A DNA stretch of 64,000 nucleotides from Vicugna vicugna. Its lineage: Eukaryota. The notes beneath the pieces are model-generated. The model was given only the letters and a program-made list of their open reading frames with translations, had not been told where the DNA came from and did not search any database. The stretch is from contig MU058384.1 of NCBI GenBank assembly GCA_013265495.1, positions 5,266,792 through 5,330,791 of the forward strand, given 5' to 3'. This document shows, one piece after another, positions 38,407 through 52,579 of the stretch (positions are counted from its first letter, which is position 1; every line of letters begins with the position of its first letter). Made by a program: the position numbers and the translations under genes.

Positions 38407-38689
38407 TTTTTTTAGCATATATTTTTTTTTGTTTTAATCCTTTATTTTTAATTTTTAAAAAAATTTTATTTTTAAACATTTTTATTGAGTTATAGTCATT
38501 TTACAATATTGTGTCAAATTCCAGTGTAGTGTACAATCTCTCAGCCATACATGAACATACATACATTCATTGTCACATTCTCTTTCGTTGTGAGCCACCA
38601 CAAGATCCTGTATATATTTCCCTGTGTTACACAGTACAGTCTTGTTTATCTGTTCTACATTCTGAAATCTCAGTCCCTTCCCACCCCTC
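38407..38689 (-). mobile_element. Camelid-type L1 3' end (same family as 9035-9310)
   Basis: ttttattgagttatagtcattttacaatattgtgtcaaattccagtgtag; TSD tcagccttt at 38398-38406 and 38690-38698. Confidence 0.9.
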
Positions 38690-39309
38690 TCAGCCTTTCT
38701 TAATGAATTCAGATTTCCAAACAAAACCTGGAAGAAGAATTGCCTTCAGATGGCTTCACAACATCTGTTTTCACCCCTGAACACCAAAGTCATAAGGTAC
38801 TTTCTGTGTTAGGGAATACCAGCTCGGATCTCAAGCTTGGCTATTGTCTAAAATGGGGATGGGAAAAAATACTTTTTTCTTACATCTCTGAGAATACAAT
38901 GGAAAATAATTTCTCACTTGATTATCTTGCTACACTAGCAGCTCTCTGTTTCAGCACTCGGCATAGACATCCAAGCAACTGAAAAATAAAGGAGACTCAT
39001 TAAAATCTGATGGAATGATTCAAAAGTGCCAGAGGTTTTCTCTAGCTTCCTGGAAATTTAAGATTTGTGCTTTCTCTATGGACACTGAACTTTAAATTTA
39101 AACTACCAAAACTGTTTTGGCTAAACAATTTGGATAAAACTTCTACATAAAAAAGAACTGCTTCTCTGTTTCTTTTTTCCTCAAAGTTAAGATGGTAAGT
39201 TTTAGAAAAGAAAAGTATCATCATTGTGGGAGAGAAAGACAACATTTCACCACCTAGATATTTACTAATGTAATATTGTTAGGGGGTTTGGCTACAAGTG
39301 GGCAATAGA

Positions 39310-40315
39310 GTCTAACATTTTTTGTTGCTGTTCTAGAGATACTAGTCAATGCAATTAAATAACATTTAAAAAGTTAGGTGTATAAAATTAGAAGGAGGTA
39401 AAATGGTGGTTACTTGCAAAAGATGTAATCATATACTTGAATATTCAAGATAATCAACTAAAAAGCTTCACTGATAAGAGAACTAAGGAAAACATTTACA
39501 ATTAATAAACCAAATCAGGAATTTTGTTACACAACTGGCTAGAAAATAATACACTGGAAGGAAATGTCCCTTAAAATACCTAGGAATAATATAAAAAGAA
39601 AGTATACAAGATCAACATAAATATAATTTTTACATTATTTACTGAAAACACAAAGTAAGTGAATAAATAGAAAGACATAGCCTACTCTTGAATAAAAAAT
39701 TTCATATCATGAAGCTATTAATTCTTTCTAAGCTTTTAGATCTATTCAAGGGGATTCAAAATTTCATATGAGAAAATAAACATGCAAGAATTGCCAGGAC
39801 AATTCAGAATGAAAAGGAATAAGGACAGAAAATTTGCCCTAGAGAAAGTAAAGCTGACCATAAAGTTACAGCAATTTAATAGTGTGATACTTGCCAATGG
39901 AACAGGCTAGAGTCCAGAAATAGAGCCCGGTACAGAGAAGGAGAATCAGGCCCTCTTAGGTGTAGTTGGTCCTGGCATAAAAACCTTTTTGAAGCACAAT
40001 TTTTAACAATTCTAGCTAACTTAAAAATGTACAGACTCTGCTTTGACAGTTTTATTTTTAGGAATTAATCATACAGACATACTCAGAAACTTTCAAGTAT
40101 GTACAGACATATTTTGTCCCATTTCTGTAATAGCAAAAACAAAAATAGAAGCCAATAAAATTTAAATATTCAAAAGCAGACAACCAGTTAAGTAAACTAT
40201 GAATTAGCCACACAATGGAATATTAAGTAGCCATTTAAAAAAATTCATGAGGCAGCTTTATATGCATTGATACGGTTTGACCTCCAGTAAAGTTTAAGTG
40301 AAAAAACCAAGGAAC
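39310..40315 (+). mobile_element. Highly diverged old L1 (L1M-type ORF2/3' remnants)
   Basis: aaaatacctaggaataa, aaaatttcatatgagaaaataaa, gagtccagaaatag, cacacaatggaatattaagtagccatttaaaa. Confidence 0.75.
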
Positions 40316-43300
40316 ACATATGCACATATGTATATACACATATATGCACACACAGATACATATACACACACACTGTGTGTATGTTTAAGAGAGCTAGTCA
40401 ACTCTTATGTTCCACGATAGCATGAAATGAGTTTAAATATTCCCAGGAATTTGCTTTTGATAACAACATCAAAAATTCACAGCCAGCCATTCTTTTTCAC
40501 TGTCCACACCCCAGTCTCACGCCATTATTCTGTTAACTGAATATGTAAGTGTATTCATATTTCAGAGATGAAGCAAATTTGCCTAATTAAAATTTAACAG
40601 CTTGCACACATATTTAAGGCACTAATGCTTACAATAAGGGCTTATCTGTCTCAGTTTGCAATATATATTAAATAGCAAAATCTTCTGAAAACTATTCGGA
40701 TCTATCTACACTCCTAAAAATATTTCTTTGCTAAGAGGAGTAAAAACATTTTCCATTTCTTTTCAAGAGAATAAATTGTTATTACTTAAAATTCGTTATT
40801 TTACTCATATTTCCTTCTGTAGATTTTCAAGTTTTCAAAAGTATATTATACAGCATGTTCACCGACCTTTTATTTTTTGATTTCATGGGTAGTCTGTTTC
40901 CCATGTTGTTATATTTTTTAAAATAAACCCAAAAGACTGTATCTGCTGATATTTGAAATGAGACATCAGCGACTATTCAAAAGAAGTGAGCATCTTGATA
41001 CATGTGTTAATGAGAAAATAGGTATTATTGGGGATAGTCTAATAATCACATTCCCATCTATGAGCTTTTATCCATTACATAATTTGTCTGAAGCTACATA
41101 TAAGTTAATCTCCTTGGCAAGTTTTCCCAGATTCTTTTACATCACAAATCTTTACTTAATCATGTTCAGCACTTTTCAGAAATTACTTTCTGTTTTTGGA
41201 AGCATTGACTTATAGGGATGATGGTTTATTGGTCAATTAGTAGATCAAAATTTAGTTGCTTCATGTTGTTTTCCATTTTTTTAATGTCTGTTTTGTCTTT
41301 TAGTGCTATCATTACTCGAATAAATAGTAGAATCTAAAATAATGGAACAGAAAGAAATGTCAATTGATAGTAAAATTGCTTCTTGGAGAGCTGTAGTGCA
41401 CAGTAGCATCCTGAAGGCTCTGCGAAATCCTGCACAAAGACATCAGTCTTTGTTTAACCCAGTTTTTCTCAACTTCATTTGGCCGTAGAAGTCCTTTTGT
41501 GAGTCAGGAAGCTTTGAAATGCTGGTGTGGGCTCATCAAATATAAATATCTACTGTCTTCCTTATACTTCGCTGCCTTTTCTGTTTATCATGTGTATGAC
41601 TTGACTATCGATCTGATCTGACATTTGTCACGTCCAGCTGGCCTTGCTCACCCCTGTTCCATCACTGCTGCTGAAATGACATCCCTGCTAGTCACTGACA
41701 TCTCATTTCAAATATTATTAGCAGTCTTTTTGGCTTGGAAAAAATGGAGAAATATGGGAAGTGACTAAAACTATGACTCCCATCTGCTTTTGCTGTCACA
41801 CAGTCACTTCACTGTTTGTCACTGAGAACGTGATGAGCACGATACCGTGGTATGGAAGGTCCCACAGTCCCCACCTATGGGCCATCTGGGGCAGGTAGCG
41901 GAGGTGAGCCAAAGATTCCAGTCCCGAGAGGTAGAATTTGCCAGTGATTAGATCTCCTGGCAACACACCCAGAAGAACTCTGATTTGTATTTCATGTTTT
42001 ATATGCTGTCTACTGACCTCGCTTTACAGTTGAGCCAAAGTATGTGTGGGTGTCATGTGAAACTAAGTTTAGGTCCTTTAGCCTGTCTTAAACCGTGGCA
42101 TAGAGAAGAGGTAGGGTGGAAACTGAACTTGTACTGAACTTGTCTGCTTCCTGTTCACTTGGTATGAATGTGTTATTGAGCAGAAAAGAAAAAAAACTTT
42201 CCATTGAGACTTAAATGGCCTGACTGAAACCTAACCTGGTCTCGCTGCCACCATGACTTCCACTCATCAGTGTCTCTGTGTTCCCAGGGTCATTTCCTCT
42301 AGCTGTTGGCAAGACAGGCTGTGTAAAGGAAGTGGACAAAAACCAAGGGTAAAGGGATGTTGGTCAGGGAAGCTCTCACAGTGAGGGCCTACATAATCCA
42401 CTGAGCTTCCCTGGTCATCTCCCTTGTCTGAACTCTAAAATCCCTTCCACCACTCTCAGCTGTGAACTTCTGACAGATACCCACCCCCCTAAAACTGTCC
42501 AGTGCTTTCCTGTAACATCCCACTAAAAGTGCCATCTCGATGTCTCTGCTGGGGCATAGCTATGATTCCCAGATCCCAGGCCCTATAAATCATGCATCTA
42601 TATATCCTTCAAGTGGCTTCAGGGTGTCCTACATCACAGACCTCTCATAACTCCACTGGACTGAATCCTGCCAGGAAGTATACATCTGAGAGTTCCTTCT
42701 CTTTAATTTTTTTTCTCTCATTAATGAGGAATTTATTTTAAGCATCAGTTTTAAGAACCAAATCAACTAAAGAAGGAATAAAAATAATAGCATTAACATA
42801 TTTAAAATTTGGGAAGGAAGTGGAAAATGTCAAAAATTCTAAGTTGTACAAATAATTTGGTAACCTCTGGGTATTATGAAATCTAACTCTGGTCTGTAGA
42901 CAGGGCTCAAAATTGTAGTATCTACTTGAATGAAGACAGAGCTTGGACTATCAGCCAGCCTCAATGCTTGCATTTTTAGAAATACCGCCTGCAAAACTGG
43001 TCTTGGTGGGAAGCTCAACCACAGTAATACACAGCCTGATGACTCTCCTGCATCCTTACACAAACTCAGAGATGCCCAGGCACTTTCTGGCAGTATCTTC
43101 TTTCCCTTCTGTTGTGGAATGAAAATAAAGCCAATGGAAGCTTTCTTAAGTCTGCAAGTGCTCCTGGCACTGTATGTAACACAACCCAGTGGAAAATGGA
43201 ACTTGATACGGGATTTCCCATTCTTGCACTTACTCAACCAGATACAGTGAGACGGCCTTGCTGTAATTCATCCCTGATCTTCTCTTTGGCTCGTCTTTCA

Positions 43301-46300
43301 CTTCTATCATGTTATTAGCTCCAGTTTTGCTGCTTCAGTTTCCTTCTTCATCGTGAACGGGTATGAAATCAGGTACTTGGTCAATTTCTTAGAAATTTGA
43401 CAGTGAGTGTAATGATCAGGACCTGGAAAAATTAAAGTTTTCTTCACTCTTCAGTGTTAACATATTGAAATCCTTCCCTACTTAATACACATCTTTAAAG
43501 CTTTCACAATATTTGCTTACCCATGCAGTAGTGTGTTCGAGTGCAGATGAAAAAGACCCATATTATTTGAGTGGAAGAAGAAGTCTGAAGCCTAGAGGAA
43601 ATTCTTTATTCAGTGATATGTGGTCAGCTTTCCTCAGTTACTAATGACGAGAATGGAGTTTGGCAGGAGGTCACAAAGTTCAAATGCTGTTAAGAATTAT
43701 TTTAGGTTGCATGAGGAAAACATACTTCCTTTAAAGAAGAATTTGAGATAAAACCTCAAACGTGGACAGGAAGGATAGCAATGAGTGATTTCTCAGTCCT
43801 CATCACAAGATGTAGTATTGGCTTCACTGTCCTGCATTTTTGAGGAGAATTGTCCCTAATATCAACTCAACAGCTAAGAAGAGAAGGTGCCTTAACGCAA
43901 AGTGTAAGATTGGGCAGAATAGTGAAACAGAGATAGGGGTTAAGGAGGAGAACCTGGTTTCTTCTCTGAGCCCAGGGAAAAACACTTACAGCATCACTCT
44001 AGAAACTTATGGTGGAGAAGCCCAGGGACACGGTTTTCCAGCAGGGTGGGGAAAGCGCTGGGCTGGCTGTAAAGAGGCTAACATTCCAGTGCTGAATCTG
44101 TAAACCCATCTCTTGTTTGTAAGACATAAGGAGGGCCGATGAAAATGGTCTTTAAGATTTCTGTTACCTTTGTTCTTCAGCATAACCATGTGGCTATGAG
44201 GTAAATAATGCTGCAGATGTTTTTCTCAGTGATGAATCTATATTTTTCTTCTAACACATAAATTGACATATTTTAGTAAAATATTAATATTTTCAGGAGA
44301 AAATAAAACAGATCACCATTTCCACAAGAGATTGCAATTACATATATAATATTTATGTTGCCATACTTTCTCATTTCAGATGGAATTGAGAGCATGAATA
44401 TTCAAATGAAAATGGCTCTAAGTCTTAATGGAAGTTTCATGCTAAAAATTTTATGAAATTTTGGGTGCTAATGAGAATTTGAGTCAGAAAGAGAAATCCA
44501 GTAGATACTGAACAGATGAATAGCAGGCAGATTTATAACTATTAAGCCACATATGCAAATTTGAGAGTACTTACCTAAAATGAAATGAACATTTTTTTTA
44601 AATTGATCTTTGCTTATCATTCTAAATAATATTCTCTTCTGTTACTTTTGCCTCTTTTTAGTTTGCTGTGTAGAGAAACTGGCTCACAAATTTTTTTTTT
44701 CAGAATTACACATCTGCCTTATTTAAAATCCAAGTATAATGAAACTTACATCTTTGTATGTTTTTGATAACAATAGAATTTTGGTTCCAAAACATATTAA
44801 TTGCACAAGATGATAATCACTCTTATGAGAACTGAAACACATGTTTTCCTGGTTTTCTTCCCTTGACTTTAGACCTCTGTGAAGTTGACTCCCTGTCTTT
44901 CCAACTGTTTCTGGGAGTCCCCAGGGAGAATTGTATACGTTGTATTCGGTTTCCATGAAGCTTCCTTGATTTTTATCCTCTCCGCTCCAGCATCTTCTTC
45001 CTGGGTATCTCTACAGCCACCACAGCCACTAAACTGGGAGTTACAGTACCTGTCTTTTATAGGGAACTGCCTTTGCTGAACTACTGGAGACCATAGGTGC
45101 TGATGGTGTTGTGAGGGCGCTGTTTCACGAGTAACTTTCTCGCCTCTGGCTATTACATTCTGCTGAATAGGCGCTACATCTCTGCTGTTTGTGCCCCAAC
45201 AGAACTCCTGGTAAACAGAGTTTTAGTTTCTCATCCTGAATACTACCATTTACCATTAAGACTCAAGACAAGCCGATAAGGAGATAGGCTGGCAGTAACT
45301 ACCTTGTTAAAGTCAGATTCTCTCTCCCCTCTGGCAACTAAGGCATTGTCATTCCTAACTCTTCTCTTGATGTGGAAGGCTTTTCAGGTCCTCATGCGCA
45401 CAGACTTCTAGCAGATCTTCTCACCACTTTACAAACAGGCAATGTATGTCTGAAACTCAATGGAGAACACAACTTACATGTAGTTTGAAGCCCTCTCCCT
45501 GTACAAGTATAAACAGGGAAATAAAAAAGATGCTGGGAGCTCAAAAGTGTGGTGAAGCATGTGGCAGAGAAAGAGAGGCTTCTGCCACAACGCTTTGTGA
45601 AAGATCAAGGGAGTTGTGGGACTACTGATCTTAAAACACTACTGTAGGGCCGCCTGGGATGGGACAGAGGGAGTGTTCGTGAGGGACCAGTTGAAACAGA
45701 GAGAAAGGAAGGGAATGAGAGGCAGGATGCATTGAAGTTAATAATTCCTGGACCTTGCAATGATAAAAGCATAAATGATCCACCGTTTTCCACTCACCAA
45801 TTGATAAGGATTCAAGAAGTGATAATATTTAGTTTGGGGAAGGGTATGGTAAGATAAATTCTCTCTGTCACAGCCAATTTATTGCTTTGCTTTGTAATCC
45901 TGTTGTTTTTTCCCCTTTCAATTTTCACTGATAACAATTTCCTATACATCATAGAAAGTAAGAAGTAAAATATCCTCTCTGCAGTTTTCCAGGCAGGAAT
46001 TTAGGTCAGAGCCACATGAAAGCAGAGACTTCTGTTCTGAGCTTTCCACATATTTAGTGGTACTTTATGACTGATGACACATCGGTAGCTGCTTCTCACA
46101 CGCCGGTGGATGGCCCGGCTGTGGGCTCCTTCTGCTTCTCTGTAGAAGGCACTCTGAGCCAGCTAGCCTCAACTTCTTGAAGGCATTTAGATTCTCAGGA
46201 ACTCGTTTCTCTTTAAGCTTTTGGTTTTAACAGAACAAAGTAGAGAGAGAAATGCAGTGGCCTACATTAAGTTGTCCGTGATTAAATAAATGAATTCGCA

Positions 46301-47289
46301 ATACCATTTGCCAATTACTGACAAAATTGCTTAAATAATTTCCATTCAGATATGATACAGAAAGAAACATTTGTGTCATCATGTTGGAACAGAAAAAGTT
46401 CTGGTGTTCATATCATGGTACCAAAGACTTTTTTTTATGCCTTTATAAACAATTTTGCAGATTTGTTTAGTTCATTAATTGATTTCCAAATATGGCTTTT
46501 AATGAGAAAAAAATCAGAAATGCATTATGTATTAATGAATGGATGAGAAAGGGAAGGACTCCAAGAATAAATTGTAATGTGAGTTATCTATATTTATCAA
46601 GTAAGAACATTCATTCTCTTACGAATAGAATCTTTTCACTTTATTTTCTTGGCAATGACTAGACACAGGAAGGAAATAATGTTATCTGAAATAAATGAGC
46701 CCGTGTGTATCATCACAGAATATGCTTAGTATCATACTGTTCCCACGTTTATTCAGGAAAGGAAAGAAAACATTATCCGGTGTGTTGGACCAAGTAGCTG
46801 AGACGCAAGTAAGGGTCTTAGATTCTTTTAGAGATTTTTACTATATATCCAAAATATTTGTTAAATATTTTTAAAATGAAGGATGTACATGGATAGATTC
46901 TTTCTTTCTTTTGATTAAGAAGATTTTGAAAGTCACTTGCAGTCCCACAATATGAGTGCAACTACTGTCATTTTCATGTTTCCTCCCTTTCCACATGTGT
47001 GTACATGGGTTAGAATTTTATGAGCATGTGCCACAGACTCCGCCTGCATAGACTGATTGTAATTCTTCTGGTTTAAACCTCCACCCAGAAACCTGGGAAG
47101 CACTCATGACAGACAAATGGCTTGCTGCTTTTAAACCTGCTTGGTCAAAGTGCAAAGGCCCTTAATGGTCACAGTTGCAAAGCAGCCCATGGAACAATGC
47201 CAAAAGAGCACCCCCTTCTCCTTTGGGAAACTCTGAGCTGATGTTCAGGCCCCTGCTGGTATTTTTGCTTCTCAAAGGCATATCAAGTT

Positions 47290-48010
47290 AGTCATCACTA
47301 TCTTTGCTTCCTTAATTTTTCAGCCTACTGAGGTCTGCTTTCAGACTTACAATAGTCACCACGTGGCTTTCCTTTGCCAAATATCCCGTTCTCTTTAGCC
47401 TTGCCCTCTTTGTAGCATGTGGTCACGTCCTTATTGAAACTCTTTCCTCCTTCAGCTTTCACAGCCTGAGTCTTTGGGTTTTTCCCCCTTCTTTCTACAT
47501 CTCTACTTCTCCTTCAGATCCTTTTTTTTTTTTTCCTGTTTTTTGTATTTGCTATCCTCAAAATCCTTCCAACTCTAAGTCTGATCTGATGTCGAGCAAC
47601 ATCAGCAACTCCTGAGAGCTCTGATTAAAAATGCAGAAGCTGGGCCTCATCCCAGACCTACTGAGTCAGAATCTGCATTCTCACAAAATCTCTGGATGAC
47701 CCGCCTGCATGTCATGTGTGAGAAGCGCTGCTCGAAACGATGGTGTTCCCTAAGGTCTGTCCTCTGTCCTTGTTTCAGTTTCCTTGATAATCACATCTTC
47801 ATCAGACTTTAAATTTTATATCCTGACTTTCAAAGTAACTCCAGCTCGATGTGTCTTTGGAGTGTCAGGCAGTCATTTCAATTTTCTTAACTACGTGTGT
47901 ATCCCATAGGCACAATGGACTAAATATGTCTAATATTGAACTCATTTTCACTTACTCATCTATCTGCCCAAACACCCAAACCAAAAACCCATTATTCTTG
48001 ACCCCTCCTT
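47290..48010 (+). mobile_element. LINE-2 fragments interrupted by a MER5A-like MITE (about 47570-47735)
   Basis: ttgaaactctttcctccttcagctttc; aatatgtctaatattgaactcat; MER5 part aaaatgcagaagctgggcctcatcccagacctactgagtcagaatctgcatt. Confidence 0.7.
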
Positions 48011-49651
48011 CTCCCAGCAGTGGTAAAATAGACTAATAAAGAATCATCAGCTATAGAAAATGCCCTGGGAAAATTTTAAATTAAATGCTCTTATTTTATC
48101 ATAAGTCAATCCCACCCCCGCCTAAAAAAAAAAAAAGGATGAGAAAAAAATTCTATCAAGGTCAGTGGCAGACCTGGTTTGCTTGCGGCTTCCCCAGAGA
48201 ACTGGAAAACACTTGCAAATCTGGCATTGCCTAGCTCTTTTTGCTTGTTTTTAATAGCCTGGAATCAGAGTAGAGGGAAAACAGAGTTTTAAACAAGTCA
48301 GTTAAGAAGTGGAGGTCCTTTCCAAATGCAAGAGATGGTGAAAATATATACATCCTGGTTGGCCTTCTGACTGCTGTTAAAAGGAAATGTCTATAATGCT
48401 TTGGAAATTCCCAGCTGTTGGTGTTTCTTTATTCTTAAAGTCATATGCTTCTAGGAGCGAAAGTTTACGTTAACTTTTCTTAGGATTTTAGCTGCCCTCC
48501 GAATCACATCTAGAGTTGAGTTAATCTGTTTGTAATTAGTTGAAATGACATGTGTGGGGTCAGAGATGGTTGTCTGCCTGTGAATATCCGGCATCCCCTC
48601 CTCTTCAGTGACAGCATCTTGACTTGATCTGAGGAGGCCTCTATCCCACCACGATTAGGGTGGTGAGCAGCCCGCGGGAGTGACCAGCCACACACCGCAG
48701 CATCTCTGCCTCCACCGCCATCCTCCTGGCACACCCTGGAGAGAGCATCACCATGCTCAGCTGCTACCCTTGGGACTAGCTGTGACTGCTCATCCTCTAG
48801 TTCAGAACCCCCAGAGGAGCTGTCTGACTCCATCTTCAAAGCTCCCCCTGGGGCTGCAGAGCCCTGGCCCCTTGAGTGAGCAGAGCCTCCAAACCAGTCT
48901 CCTAAAGTAGCACACCTTAGTATCTCTAAGCAGATTATCATTGACAAGGCTCTTCCGTATCATCATTCACCTGTACAGAGTATACACAGGCCTTTGCTGT
49001 CTGGACCAAATAACTAACCTCCACCTGTAACCCTATTTGTATGGGGGAAATGTGTTTGGCACTCCAAACATCTAATTTACTGAGCAACATTTACAGCACG
49101 GCCCGTGTGTGTAAGAGGATGCCTGCCAGGGGAAGTGGACGGAGATGAATCAGGAATCAAGAGCCTCAAAATGAAAAATGGATTTGATTCCTAAATATGG
49201 CTGTGACTATGCACAGGAACAGATTTAGAGAAGCAAAACCCATAGATGGTTGAATTCAGTGGGAAAAAAAAAAAAACCAACCAACTAGCAATTTGATGTA
49301 ATTCAACTATTTCCTCACCCACACACTTGGCTGAAACCAAGGCGGTTTATTCCGTCTTTTATCTAATGCTCTGAGATGTCCTCAGATGGAAATGTAAATC
49401 AGGCTGCCACTGAGTCACAAATGCATCCCCAGAAATGCCCCTGTACCGTAGTGAGGACATATCAGCTCTGTGTCCTCTGATTTTCAAGTAGAAATTTCCA
49501 GAAGAATTGGCAAAGTCAATGTCTCAGTTTGGTATGACTTTAAATCCTTTAAACCAGTGTATACTGATGGTCCTTTATTAATAGTAGTAGAACAAGTAAC
49601 TGGAAGTGTACCTGTTACATGGGATCCATCTGGGGTTTATGTGTAACTTAC

Positions 49652-49738
49652 CAGTTTCTTGTAACTGGCCAAATCCTTGAAGGGGATTAGAAACATAATA
49701 AAACAATACAGGAGAAGCAGCAATTTTCTGTAGTTTTC
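49652..49738 (-). other. Candidate exon (87 nt)
   Basis: Minus strand: cttaat branch-like motif, ctttcatatcttcatccctttag| acceptor, CTG|GTAAGT donor. Confidence 0.4.
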
Positions 49739-50599
49739 CTAAAGGGATGAAGATATGAAAGCTGATTAAGTAAGTGCAAGGCAAAGTGGCTCAAACCAAA
49801 AATGGAACCAAAGGAAATACGATTCGAGTAAGTGATAGAGCTACAGAGTGGCCCAAAGCCACGTCCCCGAAGTCCCAGGCCTGCGTGCAAAGGTGGCCGC
49901 TGTCACTTGCTGGCTGTTCAGGTTTAAAGAAGACCCTGAACGTGTTTGGGCTTCAGTTTCTTTCTCTGTAAATGATATTTGCTGCTTTTCCTTTTTGGGC
50001 CAGAATAATCACCCCAGGCCTGAAATGGCGCTGATGAAGACACATGTGCTTTGGAATATTATTGTACTATTGTGGGTTTTTTTTTTCTTTTTTTTGGTAT
50101 TGGTGGACCAACCAATTTGAAGTAAATTCCATATTTGCTTTTGAGACCTGGCAGAAAAATCATTTTTAGAGAAGAAGGAGACACTTGGTTTTTTAAAACT
50201 TATACTTTAAAGTGTATTAGTCTCTTTATAGCACCTTTAAGTCTCCTCCCCAAAAGGAAAAAAAAAAAAAGCGAGGATGATTGGAGCCAAATCTCTCGTC
50301 ACTATCTTAGGAGGGAATTTCCTATAGCACCTCATCACTGTGGGCTCCTCCTTCACCTTGGATTTTAGTGGAGATGCTGAGATGAATGTTGGCTTGATAT
50401 ATTGCCATAACAGATCATATAGAATGGTGGAGGCTCTTGACCTGTGGTCTTTCAAGTTTTCTCTAAGTCAGGGTCAGAGGCCCTAATTTCCATGAGGGTG
50501 CTAAGGTGGTGTCATTTACTGAAAAAAGGAACATGCGGACTGAGGTGGAGAACAGGATATGGACATACATTTATCTGAAAACATGTAAGTTTGTGGCAA

Positions 50600-50790
50600 G
50601 AATCTTACACCCCAGAGTAGATACTGTATTGACAGATGGCTCTGTGAGTCTAGATTTAAGGATATGGTTGAGGCTAGAGGTATAAATTTAGGAATCTTTA
50701 GTGTATGCATGATGTCTAAAACCATGAGGCCAGGTATGGTCACCTAGGGAGCAAGTATAGTCCATCAGAGAAGAGGTTGAAGGAAAGGGA
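50600..50790 (-). mobile_element. LINE-2 fragment
   Basis: ggctagaggtataaatttaggaatc...taaaaccatgagg...ggtcacctaggga. Confidence 0.7.
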
Positions 50791-50890
50791 TGTTCTGTGA
50801 CATGGTATCTGCTATTAAGGTTGATTTCCTGAACCAAAATGAACTTCTGTCAGAAGTCGTATCTAGGGAGATGATAAGGTACTCTAACTT

Positions 50891-51001
50891 TTAAAATTTT
50901 ATTATTATTTTTATTTTTTGAATGGAAGTACGGGACACTGAGCCCAGGACCTTGCACATATCAAGCATGCACTCTACCACTGAGCTATATACCCCTCCCA
51001 C
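50891..51001 (-). mobile_element. tRNA-derived SINE (Vic-1-like)
   Basis: cccaggaccttgcac...agcatgcactctaccactgagctata; TSD aaggt(a/g)ctctaactt at 50876-50890 and 51002-51016. Confidence 0.9.
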
Positions 51002-52579
51002 AAGGTGCTCTAACTTGAAGTGAGAACTTGAAGATGTGTTTCATTCCTGGTTCTGTAAGACATGGTGGTCAAAGGCAGTATGACCTGGCTCCATCCTAAC
51101 AGGGCTAACATAAGAAGGGATGGACAAGTGGCAGCCAGCTGAGGTGGTGGTAGAGCTGGGCTGAAAGGGTGATTTCATTGCCAGGGGGTGACCAGCAGAG
51201 GGGACAGCAGTGCCCAGCTGAGGCTGAACCTAGTGCAGAAATAAACCCAGGGTTCAGTGGACAGAGATGTAAGTGATGGCTGACTTTTGAGAGCTGGCTG
51301 AAAAAAGCCTCGAGGAAGCACCCAAGGGAGGGGAGCCACGCCTTGCAGGAGGTGGTGAGGGATGTGGAGGAAGTTTTGAAGGCAGCTGAGCTCTCGCCGG
51401 TGATGAGCCTCTGCCTTGTATGTTCTGTGTTCTCTCCATACACCAAGGATCTCAATTCACCTCTGGCCAGTCTTCATTTCTACCCATTCACAAGTTTCAG
51501 TTACTGACCGGAAGCTGTGGAGGTGATTCAGCAGACTGATTGCCGTAGCATCGTGTTCTTCGAAGTCCTGGAAACTCCTCAGAGATCTTAAAGGGCACAG
51601 AGATGGGGGGTGGGAGTGTGACTCTGGCTCTCCCCACCTCCGCCCCACTTCAACCAGAGCACTCTTTCTTTATTCTGTTTTCCATCACAGCTTCTATGAA
51701 ATTTCTTAAGAGACATTTCTACAGTTTAAAAATTAAAAAAAAAAAGAAAAAACCCACTGAACTACAGAAAGGATGAAGTGGTGACTAAATATGTAAAATA
51801 CTATGCAGATGTGATTTGTTTGAGAAACACAAGGATGTATTGTTTGACTGATTGTCTAAACCAATTAATCTCTGAAATGGAATACAGAGGGAGAAAAAGG
51901 AACAAAACTGTCACACAACTGCAGTTAGTCGTGGGATTATTTTATTGGCCTGATTCATTGACAGACTCTCCTATTCAATTGAATGGTCTTCAGACACACT
52001 GTATGCATCCCGCGGCTGATGTCAACCGTGACCTTTTAATATATTATTTTTTTTTAACTCTGTGTGTCATGAATCCAGTACAATCTTAGAACACAGGCAT
52101 TATGTTACTCCTGTACTAAGTTTCCAGGACTTGGCTAAACAATGGACTGACCATTATTTCCGTCTTCAAAACACAGAAGGAACACGTAAAAAGTTAGAAG
52201 ACTATCATAGGTGTCTTCCTTCTTCCAAAATTATTCACCTTTGAGAACGTGATGGGGTAAAATCCTAACAGAGGAAACTGTTGAACCAAAAGAAGAAGGA
52301 AACCTTCAGGTCCCTAAATCATGAGATGTTATGAACCGTTATCCCATTTCCTGGTTACCTTTCTTCTAATTCTGTTCTCTGAACGCACACCTTCCTCTTG
52401 ACAATTTCTGGTCTGACATCTCTCTGCCAGTGTACCTGCACAGCCTTGAATGTGTGACTATGCTCCATTCCATAGAGGTCTTGTTAACCCATTTGAACAC
52501 TTCGAATATTAGGGCCTATCTTATATTTCTTTTATTCTTTAAGAGACTTATACAATGTGTTTAAAGAATATATGGCCAG

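Noticed and set aside
48510..48947. 145-aa minus-strand ORF containing MESDSSSGGSELEDEQSQ
   Set aside because: Low-complexity resemblance only; no recognisable homology or convincing exon boundaries.
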